Source: a virus (lineage: Duplodnaviria > Heunggongvirae > Uroviricota > Caudoviricetes). From it: a stretch of DNA of 64,000 nucleotides. Shown one piece after another: positions 47,564 to 56,676 of this stretch. Within the stretch, counting starts at the first letter, position 1. Each line of letters opens with the position of its first letter. The position numbers and the translations under genes were made by a program. The stretch spans positions 32,440-96,439 of the IMG/VR virus record IMGVR_UViG_3300021256_000007. One strand, given 5' to 3'. Under the pieces are notes generated by a model. The model was not told the origin of the DNA and did no database searches. It saw nothing but the letters and a program-made list of their open reading frames with translations.

Positions 47564-47950
47564 ATGAAGCTTACTTATATTTTAGTTCCACTCGGAATTA
47601 TTCTGAGTATTTACTTTATTTACTATTTTGCCTTCTATCGAAATTGGATTTACGGATGCGTTGGCAAGATTACTTTTAAGTCATTTAAAGTTCTGTATAC
47701 TTTAAATTCGGAGAATTGGTCTCTTTGGCAAGGGTATGTTGAATACAGTAAACGCACAAGAAAAGGTGAATTTTGGGAAACCAGAGTCGGTGGCCGACTC
47801 GGATTTAATCAAATCGATGCTATAAAGTATCAAATTTGGCGTAAGCGATTAAGCGTGCAAAAAGAGCGAGAACGTAATACGCAGTCGTTTAAAGAAATTC
47901 TTAATGAATTTCAAAACGACATCAATACTTATGGAAAGGATCTTAAATGA
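47564..47950 (+). CDS. membrane-anchored hypothetical protein
   Basis: N-terminal transmembrane helix. 128 aa. Confidence 0.4.
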   Translation: MKLTYILVPLGIILSIYFIYYFAFYRNWIYGCVGKITFKSFKVLYTLNSENWSLWQGYVEYSKRTRKGEFWETRVGGRLGFNQIDAIKYQIWRKRLSVQKERERNTQSFKEILNEFQNDINTYGKDLK

Positions 47951-48459
47951 ACGGAGTAATCATTTGCGGTTATCCAGGAGTAGGAAAAACAACAATCGCA
48001 GGAAAAGACAATATTGTGGATCTGGAGAGCAGTAATTTTAAGTTTTTCGGACCGCCAGATTGCGAACATTATTGGGTTGAGCAGTACGGTCGTGTAGCTC
48101 TTGATCTTGCCAAACAGGGCTATATTGTTCTTTGCTCAACACATGTGGATACTATCGAATGGATGCATGACCACGCTCCGGAGATGCGAAGACTTGCTGT
48201 TTCCGGCCCTTATATTGTTTGTCCAGCAAAAGAACTGAAATACGAATGGCTCAAGAGACTGCATGATCGCTTTATGACCGATCAAACATCTAAAAACTAT
48301 CGAGCTTATGAACGGGCGAAGGAACATTTCGACGAAGATATCGATTATCTGCTCTCTTTTGCACCAAGCCATGTCTTTAAAGTCGGAATCTTTAATGACA
48401 CGCTCGAAAGCCGAATCGAAGAAATTCTATGGAAAAGAGAAAGGGATAAATTACTATAA
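47947..48459 (+). CDS. P-loop NTPase, probable nucleotide/nucleoside kinase
   Basis: Walker A GYPGVGKT at the N-terminus. 170 aa. Confidence 0.5.
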   Translation: MNGVIICGYPGVGKTTIAGKDNIVDLESSNFKFFGPPDCEHYWVEQYGRVALDLAKQGYIVLCSTHVDTIEWMHDHAPEMRRLAVSGPYIVCPAKELKYEWLKRLHDRFMTDQTSKNYRAYERAKEHFDEDIDYLLSFAPSHVFKVGIFNDTLESRIEEILWKRERDKLL

Positions 48460-48698
48460 TGAACCTTAATATCATTCCACGAGTTCGTCCATGTTTCGTA
48501 AATAATAAAGAAACTGGAGAAAATGAATCTGCTCTATTTCATATGTGGTTTCTTGCGCCAGACGGATGGCCTATGGCTTTAGTTGAGTTAGATACGGGAA
48601 AAATGATTGGCGTTGGATATAGGCGTATAGTATTTGTTCAAGAGCAAGATGAGTCTGATCTTTTTGAATTTCTAAAAATACATAAAGAAAGGAACTAG
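48459..48698 (+). CDS. hypothetical protein
   Basis: 79 aa. Confidence 0.4.
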   Translation: MNLNIIPRVRPCFVNNKETGENESALFHMWFLAPDGWPMALVELDTGKMIGVGYRRIVFVQEQDESDLFEFLKIHKERN

Positions 48699-48704
48699 AT
48701 TTTT

Positions 48705-48899
48705 ATGATGATTCGTTTCGTCCTCAATAGATATGTATACGATTATAGTAAAAAGGCTATATTCAACAATGCTGAGCAATCTATTATCGATGTGCCGATC
48801 CCGGAAGCCGTTGAAAATGCGATCAAGGACGGCTTTTCCCTTGAACGGGTCGGTTTGATCCAAGACACATCGAATATTCCGACAGGTATTTATTCATAA
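48705..48899 (+). CDS. hypothetical protein
   Basis: 64 aa. Confidence 0.35.
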   Translation: MMIRFVLNRYVYDYSKKAIFNNAEQSIIDVPIPEAVENAIKDGFSLERVGLIQDTSNIPTGIYS

Positions 48900-48916
48900 G
48901 ATGGGAGGTAGTTTAA

Positions 48917-49201
48917 ATGATTATTACAAAATGTGATCGTTGCCGAAAGGTTATGGAAACTCCGGCGTATGCTCTTGGAATGTTTCCGATGATATTTCCG
49001 AATGCAAACCCAAAACAGAACATTCCGAAGTATATGATCATTCGCTGTGAGCCGAATGAAGGACGAGATACGTTGAATCTTTGCCCGGAATGCGAAAGAG
49101 ATTTCGATGTGTTTTTGGACAATCCGCCTGGAATCAGAAATAACGAAGACGAGCCGAAGTATCGGGAATTAAAATATAATTCTCAATTATTACAGAAATA
49201 A
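48917..49201 (+). CDS. small zinc-ribbon protein, CxRC...(N/D)LCxxC family
   Basis: CDRCRK...NLCPECERDFDVFL. Confidence 0.45.
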   Translation: MIITKCDRCRKVMETPAYALGMFPMIFPNANPKQNIPKYMIIRCEPNEGRDTLNLCPECERDFDVFLDNPPGIRNNEDEPKYRELKYNSQLLQK

Positions 49202-49213
49202 GAGTAAAAACAA

Positions 49214-49414
49214 ATGACTACTAAGTATAATGTTGGAGATACGATTTTTATTCCTTATCGTATTAGTGGTATACGTATTGACGAGAAAGGCGTTTCGTAT
49301 CTCGTAAACGTAGATTCGTTTAAGAGTGACGACCAACTGACATATTTTCTGGATACACCGGCTGCAATTAGTGAAGAGAATATAACAAAGCTAATTGAAA
49401 GGAGAACTAAATGA
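49214..49414 (+). CDS. hypothetical protein
   Basis: 66 aa. Confidence 0.4.
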   Translation: MTTKYNVGDTIFIPYRISGIRIDEKGVSYLVNVDSFKSDDQLTYFLDTPAAISEENITKLIERRTK

Positions 49415-49920
49415 ACTATAAGTATCTGAGTAAGTACCATCATATTTACCGAGTTCGTTTAACCGGAAATATTCAAATGCAGGTTGAAAAGCTGCCGATT
49501 GCGTACTCAAATAAGCGCTATATATATGTAATTGCACCGGGACAAGATACACTTGAGCGTTTGACTTTACAGCCTTATACTCCATACGAGATCAGTGATG
49601 TGTATACTGAAATAACTGACAAAGCTAAAGAAGATATCAATCGAAAATTATTTAATGGCATTTCTAACTATGGAACCAGTTACGCTGGATTTACCATGTA
49701 TTTTCTTGTTGACGATCCTGCAGAATTGGAAAAAATTCGTACTAGCATTAATTTGAAAGCTTATGAATTATCACTTTTAGACGCTGACGTAGCTTCAAAA
49801 GAAAAAGATGTTGAGCGATGTGAAAAAATCTTAGCCGAAGCCAAATCACAATTAGCTAACGCCAAGTATAAACTTTCTAAATATAGTGAAGGCCTTCCTG
49901 AAGGAGTTACTCTCGGATGA
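49411..49920 (+). CDS. hypothetical protein
   Basis: 169 aa with a C-terminal coiled coil. Confidence 0.45.
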   Translation: MNYKYLSKYHHIYRVRLTGNIQMQVEKLPIAYSNKRYIYVIAPGQDTLERLTLQPYTPYEISDVYTEITDKAKEDINRKLFNGISNYGTSYAGFTMYFLVDDPAELEKIRTSINLKAYELSLLDADVASKEKDVERCEKILAEAKSQLANAKYKLSKYSEGLPEGVTLG

Positions 49921-50117
49921 AGATTACTGTCGAACTGAACGAAAGTGATATTTGTCAGATCATTGCCGAGCACTATAACAATCTCACACAGGAAGACGTG
50001 AATCTCTTTGTTACGAAGGAAACAAGAGGTTATGGGCCCGGAGAGTATGAAGCGAACGTTGTTAAAGCCAAGATCGAGTTTGATTCGGAAGGAGAGGCCG
50101 GAGCATGTCTCAGATAG
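49917..50117 (+). CDS. hypothetical acidic protein
   Basis: 66 aa. Confidence 0.4.
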   Translation: MKITVELNESDICQIIAEHYNNLTQEDVNLFVTKETRGYGPGEYEANVVKAKIEFDSEGEAGACLR

Positions 50118-50386
50118 AAGGACGCCTTACAACTTGTTCAATTTGTAAAAAGACTGCTTTTAGTAAATTGGTAGAAGGCAATACATTTCAAGACGGTGGA
50201 TTTCGCCCCAGAGACTACATGTTTGAAAACCTTCCAGAAGGTTGGGTACATACCGAAATGCGAATTTTTAATGAAAGCCTGCCTGTTGAAGATCTTTGTC
50301 CGGATTGCAGACGTAGAATTGTAGAAGCTATGAAATACGAAATAAATACAATCATTAATGCTGCAAAAGAGACAGAGGCATCGTAA
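50105..50386 (+). CDS. small zinc-ribbon protein, family member
   Basis: CSICKK...DLCPDCRRRIVEAM. Confidence 0.45.
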   Translation: MSQIEGRLTTCSICKKTAFSKLVEGNTFQDGGFRPRDYMFENLPEGWVHTEMRIFNESLPVEDLCPDCRRRIVEAMKYEINTIINAAKETEAS

Positions 50387-50441
50387 ATATTACAACTCTT
50401 TAAATGAAGCATAATGCTTACAAAATTTAAGGAGGATATTT

Positions 50442-50711
50442 ATGAGACTTTTTGAAAGAACAGTAAGAGCAATGGTGCGGGATAAACGCCTGCATAATAA
50501 GTGCCATAAGATCTTTTGGAAGTGCATTGGGTCGCCAATTGCGACTTTCGATTTGGGATATGTACTCATCAAAACGAAAGGAAATATTGACGAAGATGCA
50601 TTCTGGAATGAACTTACGCATGAATTATATAGTGCAGGATACATCGATGTAGTTCGCCATCTCTATGGACTAGAATACTCATATCGAAGAGCATTCCTTG
50701 AAGAAGCATAA
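50442..50711 (+). CDS. hypothetical protein
   Basis: 89 aa. Promoter-like element upstream. Confidence 0.4.
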   Translation: MRLFERTVRAMVRDKRLHNKCHKIFWKCIGSPIATFDLGYVLIKTKGNIDEDAFWNELTHELYSAGYIDVVRHLYGLEYSYRRAFLEEA

Positions 50712-50763
50712 GCATCACGAAAGGAGCTTGTCAGTATTGGCAGGCTCCTTTGCTTTTATATTT

Positions 50764-50848
50764 GCCGCTGTGGTGGAATAGGCAGACACAGCAGACTTAA
50801 AATCTGCCGACGAAAGTCGTGAGGGTTCGAACCCCTTCAGCGGTACCA
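50764..50848 (+). tRNA. tRNA-Leu (anticodon TAA), class II with a long variable arm
   Basis: Acceptor GCCGCTG/CAGCGGT (one G-U pair). Anticodon stem GCAGA/TCTGC with loop CTTAAAA. Variable arm GACGAAAGTCG. T-arm GAGGGTTCGAACCCCTT. Ends ACCA. Confidence 0.75.
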
Positions 50849-51017
50849 TATCCTGGATCTAATAAGATCATTATGCTAATACAGCATCAAAAAACATAGT
50901 GAAGAATACTGCCCGATGAGTCAGTAAGAAGCTATGGATCAGATTTTGAAGGTTTTGCTGATCGCATTAGAGCGAGGTTAAGGAGTCCAGAGAGGCTCTA
51001 CCTCGTTCTTTATATTT

Positions 51018-51093
51018 TGAGGCGTGGTGAAGCGGGTAACACAGCGGACTTTGACTCCGTTATTCGCAGGTTCAAATCCTGCCGCCTCAGCCA
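51018..51093 (+). tRNA. tRNA-Gln (anticodon TTG), probable
   Basis: Acceptor TGAGGCG/CGCCTCA. Anticodon stem GCGGA/TCCGT with loop CTTTGAC. T-arm GCAGGTTCAAATCCTGC. Ends GCCA. Confidence 0.65.
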
Positions 51094-51137
51094 AAGTCGT
51101 AGATTTTACAACTGTTTATATGGAGGTGAAAAGAAAT

Positions 51138-51320
51138 ATGGCTTATCGTTTAATTATTGAAATGACAGATGGAAGTAAAATAAATAAATGCTATGAGCAT
51201 GAAGAATATGCTACAAATCTTTATGCGACTGCACTATTTAAGAAACTTGCCAAATATGCTTCGGTAATTGATACGAGCAATGGCGATATTCTTTTCGAAT
51301 TCGGCACAAAAAAGAGCTAG
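51138..51320 (+). CDS. hypothetical small protein (60 aa)
   Basis: Internal ATG with GGAGGTGA RBS. The longer tracked ORF, which begins at 51024, would overlap the tRNA. Confidence 0.35.
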   Translation: MAYRLIIEMTDGSKINKCYEHEEYATNLYATALFKKLAKYASVIDTSNGDILFEFGTKKS

Positions 51321-51379
51321 CTTAACAGCGGCTCTATTTTTCGTATAATTTGCAGTTTGTTAAATGGAGGTGACTAAAC

Positions 51380-51745
51380 ATGGATTATGAAGATCCTATT
51401 GTTGCAGTTAGTGAAAACTTTGTTGGTTACAAGTTCCGTCTACGAAATTCTTTACTAAATGATCTCGTACGTAATCTGAATACAAAAATCGAACAGCAAG
51501 GTCATTTAAGTGTAAACCAATACATAGAAACTATTAACGATTTTATTAATGAAGACGGGGAATCGTTTACGTTACCTATGCTTGGTGCACTTGGCGAAAT
51601 TGCAAGATTTACACATAAAGATACGCACGAAATATTTGGTGCTCAGTGTATGTGGACTTGCGAGGAACCATCAAAAGCGATTGGATTTCTAACTTTTGCA
51701 GAAGATGCCATAGATATGTCAACTCTGCACTATAAGAGAAGCTAA
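51380..51745 (+). CDS. hypothetical protein
   Basis: 121 aa. Confidence 0.45.
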   Translation: MDYEDPIVAVSENFVGYKFRLRNSLLNDLVRNLNTKIEQQGHLSVNQYIETINDFINEDGESFTLPMLGALGEIARFTHKDTHEIFGAQCMWTCEEPSKAIGFLTFAEDAIDMSTLHYKRS

Positions 51746-51816
51746 TTGCGGCTTCTCTTAATTTTTTCATGGATCATTAGCTCAATTGACAACTGATTAA
51801 ATAGAGGTGAAAAAGC

Positions 51817-52038
51817 ATGAAAGGACCGTTTATTGTTAAATTCAAAAACGTATACGGCGGAGAGAAAAATAGCGATATTTATCCTGTGCGAGTTTGGGCT
51901 GATTCTAAAAAAGAAGCAAAAGAATCATTCTTAGCAAGGCAATATGAACCGATGTATCTCGAAGTTGTTTCGGTTGAATTTGATTCGACTTTCGTTATGC
52001 AATTGGTTGAAATGATGAAACGAGAAGAGCTAGCTTAA
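51817..52038 (+). CDS. hypothetical protein
   Basis: 73 aa. Confidence 0.4.
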   Translation: MKGPFIVKFKNVYGGEKNSDIYPVRVWADSKKEAKESFLARQYEPMYLEVVSVEFDSTFVMQLVEMMKREELA

Positions 52039-52072
52039 CAGCGGCTCTTCTTTTATTTTTGTGGAGGTTTCT

Positions 52073-52270
52073 ATGATAAAAAAGTGGCTTGTTACCTGTC
52101 AGTGCGATCTGAATGCTAATAAAATTTTATCTACTGTAGTCAAAGCAAATACAGAACGAAAAGCTAAAATATTTGCAGAAGAAAAATGGAAAAAAGAAGG
52201 GCATTTTAATATTTGGATCAGAAAATGCGAAGAAGTAAGTTTCTTGGAGGATAAAAATGGGACAACATAA
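52073..52270 (+). CDS. hypothetical protein
   Basis: ATG 52073 after GGAGG. Confidence 0.4.
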   Translation: MIKKWLVTCQCDLNANKILSTVVKANTERKAKIFAEEKWKKEGHFNIWIRKCEEVSFLEDKNGTT

Positions 52271-52448
52271 ATATAATCCTACTGCAATAGCAGCTAAAAA
52301 TGGTGAATTGCCTCCGAAAAAGAAGAAAATGAGTAAAGCTGAAGAACAATTTTTTATGTATAACGCGCTTGAAAAAGCCATGCATGATCGAGGCCTTTTG
52401 ACGCCTAATGATATTTGTAAAATTGGTAAAATTGATCCTTATTATTAA
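52257..52448 (+). CDS. hypothetical protein
   Basis: 63 aa. Confidence 0.35.
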   Translation: MGQHKYNPTAIAAKNGELPPKKKKMSKAEEQFFMYNALEKAMHDRGLLTPNDICKIGKIDPYY

Positions 52449-52454
52449 CATAAC

Positions 52455-52531
52455 GGATCGTTAGCTCAGTCGGTCAGAGCAGTGGTCTCATAAACCTCAG
52501 GTCCGGGGTTCAAGTCCCTGACGGTCCACCA
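52455..52531 (+). tRNA. tRNA with CAT anticodon (Met, or Ile via lysidine)
   Basis: Acceptor GGATCGT/ACGGTCC (one G-U pair). D-arm GCTCAGTCGGTCAGAGC. Anticodon loop CTCATAA. T-arm CGGGGTTCAAGTCCCTG. Ends ACCA. One mismatch in the anticodon stem. Confidence 0.65.
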
Positions 52532-52533
52532 AT

Positions 52534-52758
52534 GCAATATAGTTTATAGGTTCATAGAGTAAGCATGGTTCTGAATGGTAACCCGATAGACATGGCGAAA
52601 GGAACGGAGCGAATACCAGCCAAACTTCGAGGTAGGTGGAGAGCCACTGAAACGCCAGATATTTATACGTGCGGATTCAGTATACAGCAACGGGCCGGAG
52701 CATATGCTTGAAATAGCTATGCGAGTAGATGCGGCGTGGTCCCTATAAACTATATTGC
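52534..52758 (+). ncRNA. 225-nt non-coding element bounded by perfect 17-bp inverted repeats, immediately 3' of the tRNA-Met
   Basis: GCAATATAGTTTATAGG at 52534-52550 and its reverse complement CCTATAAACTATATTGC at 52742-52758. No ORF lies between them. Confidence 0.4.
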
Positions 52759-52792
52759 TTTTATATTTTGATACTGGAAAGGAGACTAGAAA

Positions 52793-53182
52793 ATGCTAAA
52801 CTGCCCAAATTGTGCGGCGCCAATCGAAAGTGATATTTGTCCTTACTGCGGTTCTGTCTTTCTGGATTGGGCGTCATTTGACATGAAAAGGCCAACTTTT
52901 GTTAAGGTATTTGACGAAAATGGAAACCTTAATCTAATGAAGATAAAACCAGTTTCGGTAGGAATTAAGTATGAAAGCGATGATGGATATTTCTATGGTG
53001 ATAATAATAGGATACTTAGTGTCACAACTTCTCCAACGCTAAAAATTGAAGCGGAATTTGAAGCCGTTCCATTTAAACTTAAAACATTAGATAAAGCCTC
53101 TGTCCTTAGACTGCTAATTAAACCAGATGTTGCTGATACAGACACGATTCGAGATATTTTAAAGGAGACTAGAAATGAGTAA
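52793..53182 (+). CDS. hypothetical protein with an N-terminal zinc ribbon
   Basis: CPNCAAPIESDICPYCGS. Confidence 0.45.
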   Translation: MLNCPNCAAPIESDICPYCGSVFLDWASFDMKRPTFVKVFDENGNLNLMKIKPVSVGIKYESDDGYFYGDNNRILSVTTSPTLKIEAEFEAVPFKLKTLDKASVLRLLIKPDVADTDTIRDILKETRNE

Positions 53183-53507
53183 AACCGATGATATTTTAAG
53201 ACAACTTGGATGGCAGCGATTGATTGGAAATCCAGATCCAAACATTTTGTGGTACGTATTTACCGGACGATCTGATTTAAACGAATTAGACATTTCGAAC
53301 CGTGATATTCGAGTAGATTGCATTGTAAGGCTCATTCGTGAGCCAGATGACGACGTTCCTGAAGAACTCAGACCTTTCTGGCGTCTGACGTATAAATCTA
53401 ATGTCGGAGAGGGCAAAGAAGATTCTGGTCTGTCTTTCGATGAACTTGAGGCGTTCTATAAAAAGCTTAAAGAATTGATTCGAAAGGAGAAAAATGCGAA
53501 TGGCTGA
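53175..53507 (+). CDS. hypothetical protein
   Basis: 110 aa. Confidence 0.45.
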   Translation: MSKTDDILRQLGWQRLIGNPDPNILWYVFTGRSDLNELDISNRDIRVDCIVRLIREPDDDVPEELRPFWRLTYKSNVGEGKEDSGLSFDELEAFYKKLKELIRKEKNANG

Positions 53508-53928
53508 AACTGAACTATTGCAGCAAAAAATTCAGGAACTGGAAGCCGAGGTCAAGCAGCTTAAGGCTATGCTTCCAAAAGAAAAAGAGCCAAGACGATC
53601 GATGTGCCCAAAGGAAGTCGCCGAAAAACACGGTGGTTTAAAGAAAAAGGGTATCGCATGGGAGTACAATCACTTCCCGTTTATGAGCTATAAAGATCTT
53701 ATGAACCTTAGTAGTCTAATTCGGAGATGCTGTTTCTTAAGAGGCAGCAAAAGCCGGACTGATATTTCGGCAGATTCCAACAGCTACCGGGCAAAACAAA
53801 TAAAGTACGATACCGCCAAGACTCTGAAAGAACTGACTGATGAAGAATATGCCACATACTGTGAGGTCCTGGACAAGCTTCTCGAAGTATTTCAGGAATA
53901 TGGCTGTTGCTTAAATGATAATTGGTAA
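53494..53928 (+). CDS. hypothetical protein
   Basis: 144 aa. Its 3' end is duplicated at 55217-55287. Confidence 0.45.
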   Translation: MRMAETELLQQKIQELEAEVKQLKAMLPKEKEPRRSMCPKEVAEKHGGLKKKGIAWEYNHFPFMSYKDLMNLSSLIRRCCFLRGSKSRTDISADSNSYRAKQIKYDTAKTLKELTDEEYATYCEVLDKLLEVFQEYGCCLNDNW

Positions 53929-53939
53929 AGGAGAATTTA

Positions 53940-54320
53940 ATGAATCCTTATATAACTGAAAAACGATTGGATGCTAATTCGAAAGATCGTTTTAGAATTG
54001 CTGCTGGAACTATTAATGCGTATCTCTATTTACTAACCGAAGAAGGCATTAAAAAGCTGGTCGGTACGCTAACAAAAAATGCCAGAGGTCATGCCAAATT
54101 CGTATATTATGATGGGAATTCATGCTCTAATAAATATTTTATTGTGAATCAGATTGAAGGTTTGGCATACAACAATAAGTTATGGCTTCGGGACGACAAC
54201 GTGGAAAAAGCAAAGCAACTATTTATTGAAATTAAGAATAAAGACTTTAATTATTATAAGAAAAAACTCGAACAAATTCAGCAGGAGTTACTAGTTTTAC
54301 ATACTCAAAAGGAGAATTGA
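53940..54320 (+). CDS. hypothetical protein
   Basis: ATG 53940 after AAGGAGAAT. Confidence 0.45.
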   Translation: MNPYITEKRLDANSKDRFRIAAGTINAYLYLLTEEGIKKLVGTLTKNARGHAKFVYYDGNSCSNKYFIVNQIEGLAYNNKLWLRDDNVEKAKQLFIEIKNKDFNYYKKKLEQIQQELLVLHTQKEN

Positions 54321-54743
54321 ATGAGCGAAGTTATGAAAACATTCTGGAGAGAAAGATTGGGAATAGGTCCTGACGATAAATTTACTGCAATCGATGGACG
54401 CGAATATTTTATTAGTGATATTCATGTAAATAATCGCGGTATAGTTCTTGATTATGAGTCTGATTTCAGTCTTGAGCACGGAACTCTGTATAACATTTTC
54501 GATATGATCGATTGGAATCGGACGAAGCTATTTAATAAGTATGGCCAAGTTTTGGGTAAATGTAAACGAAATTATCTTGAAAATCCGCCAACGTTAGCCT
54601 ATGAACCGTTCTTTACCCCGAAGCGTCATAAACTCAAAGGCTATAAAGTACGAACTCCAGGAATCGATGGCGGAGTTATAAAGTACACACCTAAAGAATT
54701 TGAGGAACGTTTTGATATTACTGAGCCTTTTAAAGGAGAATAA
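54321..54743 (+). CDS. hypothetical protein
   Basis: 140 aa. Confidence 0.45.
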   Translation: MSEVMKTFWRERLGIGPDDKFTAIDGREYFISDIHVNNRGIVLDYESDFSLEHGTLYNIFDMIDWNRTKLFNKYGQVLGKCKRNYLENPPTLAYEPFFTPKRHKLKGYKVRTPGIDGGVIKYTPKEFEERFDITEPFKGE

Positions 54744-54745
54744 GA

Positions 54746-54925
54746 ATGACTCGATATAAACAAATTAAAAAAGGATATTGGCATAATGAATTAGCGAAAG
54801 CTCAGAAAGCACTCATTGAGATCGAAGATTCTGATATCGCCAGTGAGCTAAAAGAATATATGTGTGAAATTCTAAAGGATGAAATAGCAAGATGTAAAGA
54901 AGCAATAAAATATGTAGGAGATTAA
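54746..54925 (+). CDS. small hypothetical protein (59 aa)
   Basis: RBS AAAGGAGAA. Confidence 0.3.
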   Translation: MTRYKQIKKGYWHNELAKAQKALIEIEDSDIASELKEYMCEILKDEIARCKEAIKYVGD

Positions 54926-54927
54926 AT

Positions 54928-55170
54928 ATGGCAACAATTGATTTTCTTCCGGTGTGCAGCCACTGTCATCAAGTTTTGTGGGGTGAAACAATAGATGTGA
55001 TTCGCGAGAAAGAACTTATTAACCAAAGTAATATTATGGCCATGCTGAACACTAATATTTATCCGGCGAGATGCCCTTATTGCAAAGAGCCATTTACTTC
55101 AGTTACTATTCCTACTAAACTTCCGTATTGCTGTGAACCGCTTTGGCCAATAAAGATCGAGGAGGACTAA
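54928..55170 (+). CDS. zinc-ribbon protein
   Basis: CSHCHQ...CPYCKE. Confidence 0.4.
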   Translation: MATIDFLPVCSHCHQVLWGETIDVIREKELINQSNIMAMLNTNIYPARCPYCKEPFTSVTIPTKLPYCCEPLWPIKIEED

Positions 55171-55172
55171 TC

Positions 55173-55312
55173 ATGCAGACAGTGTATCTTCTGACACTTG
55201 ACGATAAGGAATTTCTGAAGTGCTGGACAAGCTTCTCGACATCTTTCATGAATATGGCTGCTGTGTGAATGATAATTGCTATTAATGAAATGGAGGTGTA
55301 CGACGAAGAACG
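55173..55312 (+). pseudogene. recombination scar: truncated duplicate of the 55313 gene's 5' end fused to a frame-shifted copy of the 3' end of the 53494-53928 gene
   Basis: MQTVYLLTLDDKEFLK closely matches MQTLYLLTLDDMEFLK of the next gene. 55217-55287 is ~80% identical to 53865-53930, where another frame reads VLDKLLDIFHEYGCCVNDNCY against VLDKLLEVFQEYGCCLNDNW. Confidence 0.5.
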
Positions 55313-55492
55313 ATGCAAACACTATATCTTCTGACACTTGACGACATGGAATTTTTAAAGAAAAATTTGACTGAAATACAAAAGATTCTCGACGAAGAGG
55401 GAACTATACCCGAAAGCTATGCAAAAAGTGCAATTCGACAAAATCTAGATAATATTAAGATCGTTTTAAAAGAAAGGAGACCGTATATTTGA
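55313..55492 (+). CDS. small hypothetical protein (59 aa)
   Basis: RBS GGAGGTG. Intact copy of the duplicated N-terminus. Confidence 0.35.
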   Translation: MQTLYLLTLDDMEFLKKNLTEIQKILDEEGTIPESYAKSAIRQNLDNIKIVLKERRPYI

Positions 55493-55683
55493 CTAAAGAA
55501 GAACGTGTCATCGTTTCTGCTTATACAGGTTATTTAATGTGTGATTTTGATGATCTGCATAAGTATATTGAAGAGAAAGTCGGCAGGCCGGTTTGGACAC
55601 ATGAACTTGCTGACGCCGAAGTTCTAAAAGAAATTCGTGAAAAGATTAAACCTGATTTTCTGGCACTGTGCGGAAAGGATTAA
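55489..55683 (+). CDS. hypothetical protein
   Basis: TTG start, 64 aa. Confidence 0.35.
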   Translation: MTKEERVIVSAYTGYLMCDFDDLHKYIEEKVGRPVWTHELADAEVLKEIREKIKPDFLALCGKD

Positions 55684-55686
55684 TGA

Positions 55687-56229
55687 ATGAGCCTTAGAAA
55701 CATCTATCTTATTGTCGGTCCATCCGGAAGCGGTAAGACATCCATCGCTAACGAACTGCAAACAACCTACGGATACAAAGCTGTTGAATCTTACACAACA
55801 AGACCTCCTCGCTACGATGGTGAGAGAGGTCATATTTTTGTCTCGGATGAGGAGTTCGACGCTCTCGGCCCCATGTGCGCCTATACCGAGTACAACGGCT
55901 ATCGCTACGGAGTTACCGACGATGTTATCGATTCCCATGATATTTATGTCATTGATCCGTATGGGGTGAAGTATTTAAAGGCGAAGTATAGAGGAAATAA
56001 AGATATTAAGTGTATTCGTCTGGAAGTTAATGAACTTGTTCGCTATCGTCGCATGAAAGACCGTGGAGACAGCAAAGAAATGATCGTAAAACGCCATGCA
56101 CAAGATAAGATCAGTTTCGGAAAAGAAGAATGGTTCATTCAGTACGACATGGTAATTCCAAACAATGATTTCACAAACACAGTCGAAGCGATCTATAGCT
56201 TCATTCAGTGTTGGGAAGGAGAAGGGTGA
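55687..56229 (+). CDS. gmk: guanylate kinase
   Basis: GPSGSGKTS P-loop, TTRPPRYDGERGHIFVSDEEF and YGV(T)DDV, the hallmarks of the guanylate kinase family. Confidence 0.75.
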   Translation: MSLRNIYLIVGPSGSGKTSIANELQTTYGYKAVESYTTRPPRYDGERGHIFVSDEEFDALGPMCAYTEYNGYRYGVTDDVIDSHDIYVIDPYGVKYLKAKYRGNKDIKCIRLEVNELVRYRRMKDRGDSKEMIVKRHAQDKISFGKEEWFIQYDMVIPNNDFTNTVEAIYSFIQCWEGEG

Positions 56230-56232
56230 TAT

Positions 56233-56661
56233 TTGATGGATAATAGCAACGAAGCTAAGAAAATCTATGTAATAACGAGCGGTGAATATTCGGACTATGC
56301 GATTTGCGCTCTAACTTCCGACTACGAACGGGCAAAAGTTCTGGCTAAGTATTATACCAAATACGGCAATGAAGCTCAGATCGAAGAATATATCGACGGC
56401 GATCCAGCTTCCGGCGATCTTAAGAATTTAAAACCAGTATGGACTGTCCGCGCTGATATACAGAAATCTGGACCTGAATGGCGCGCATGGATTCATCATT
56501 ATACACAGGAACCATTTAAAACTAAAGCCGAACTTTATACTCATACTATGTCCGGTAGAAAATCTTTTGATGCCAAAGTCATGGCCGAAACCGAAGAAAA
56601 AGCCCTTAAAATCGCTCAGGATCTATATGCCAAACTAAGGGCAGAAGAACTCGGATTATAA
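56233..56661 (+). CDS. hypothetical protein
   Basis: 142 aa. Confidence 0.45.
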   Translation: MMDNSNEAKKIYVITSGEYSDYAICALTSDYERAKVLAKYYTKYGNEAQIEEYIDGDPASGDLKNLKPVWTVRADIQKSGPEWRAWIHHYTQEPFKTKAELYTHTMSGRKSFDAKVMAETEEKALKIAQDLYAKLRAEELGL

Positions 56662-56676
56662 AAGAAAGGAGGAATT

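Noticed and set aside
51024-51320. Tracked ORF starting at 51024 (GTG)
   Set aside because: Its first 23 codons are the tRNA-Gln gene read as protein. A short form starting at ATG 51138 with its own RBS is retained.
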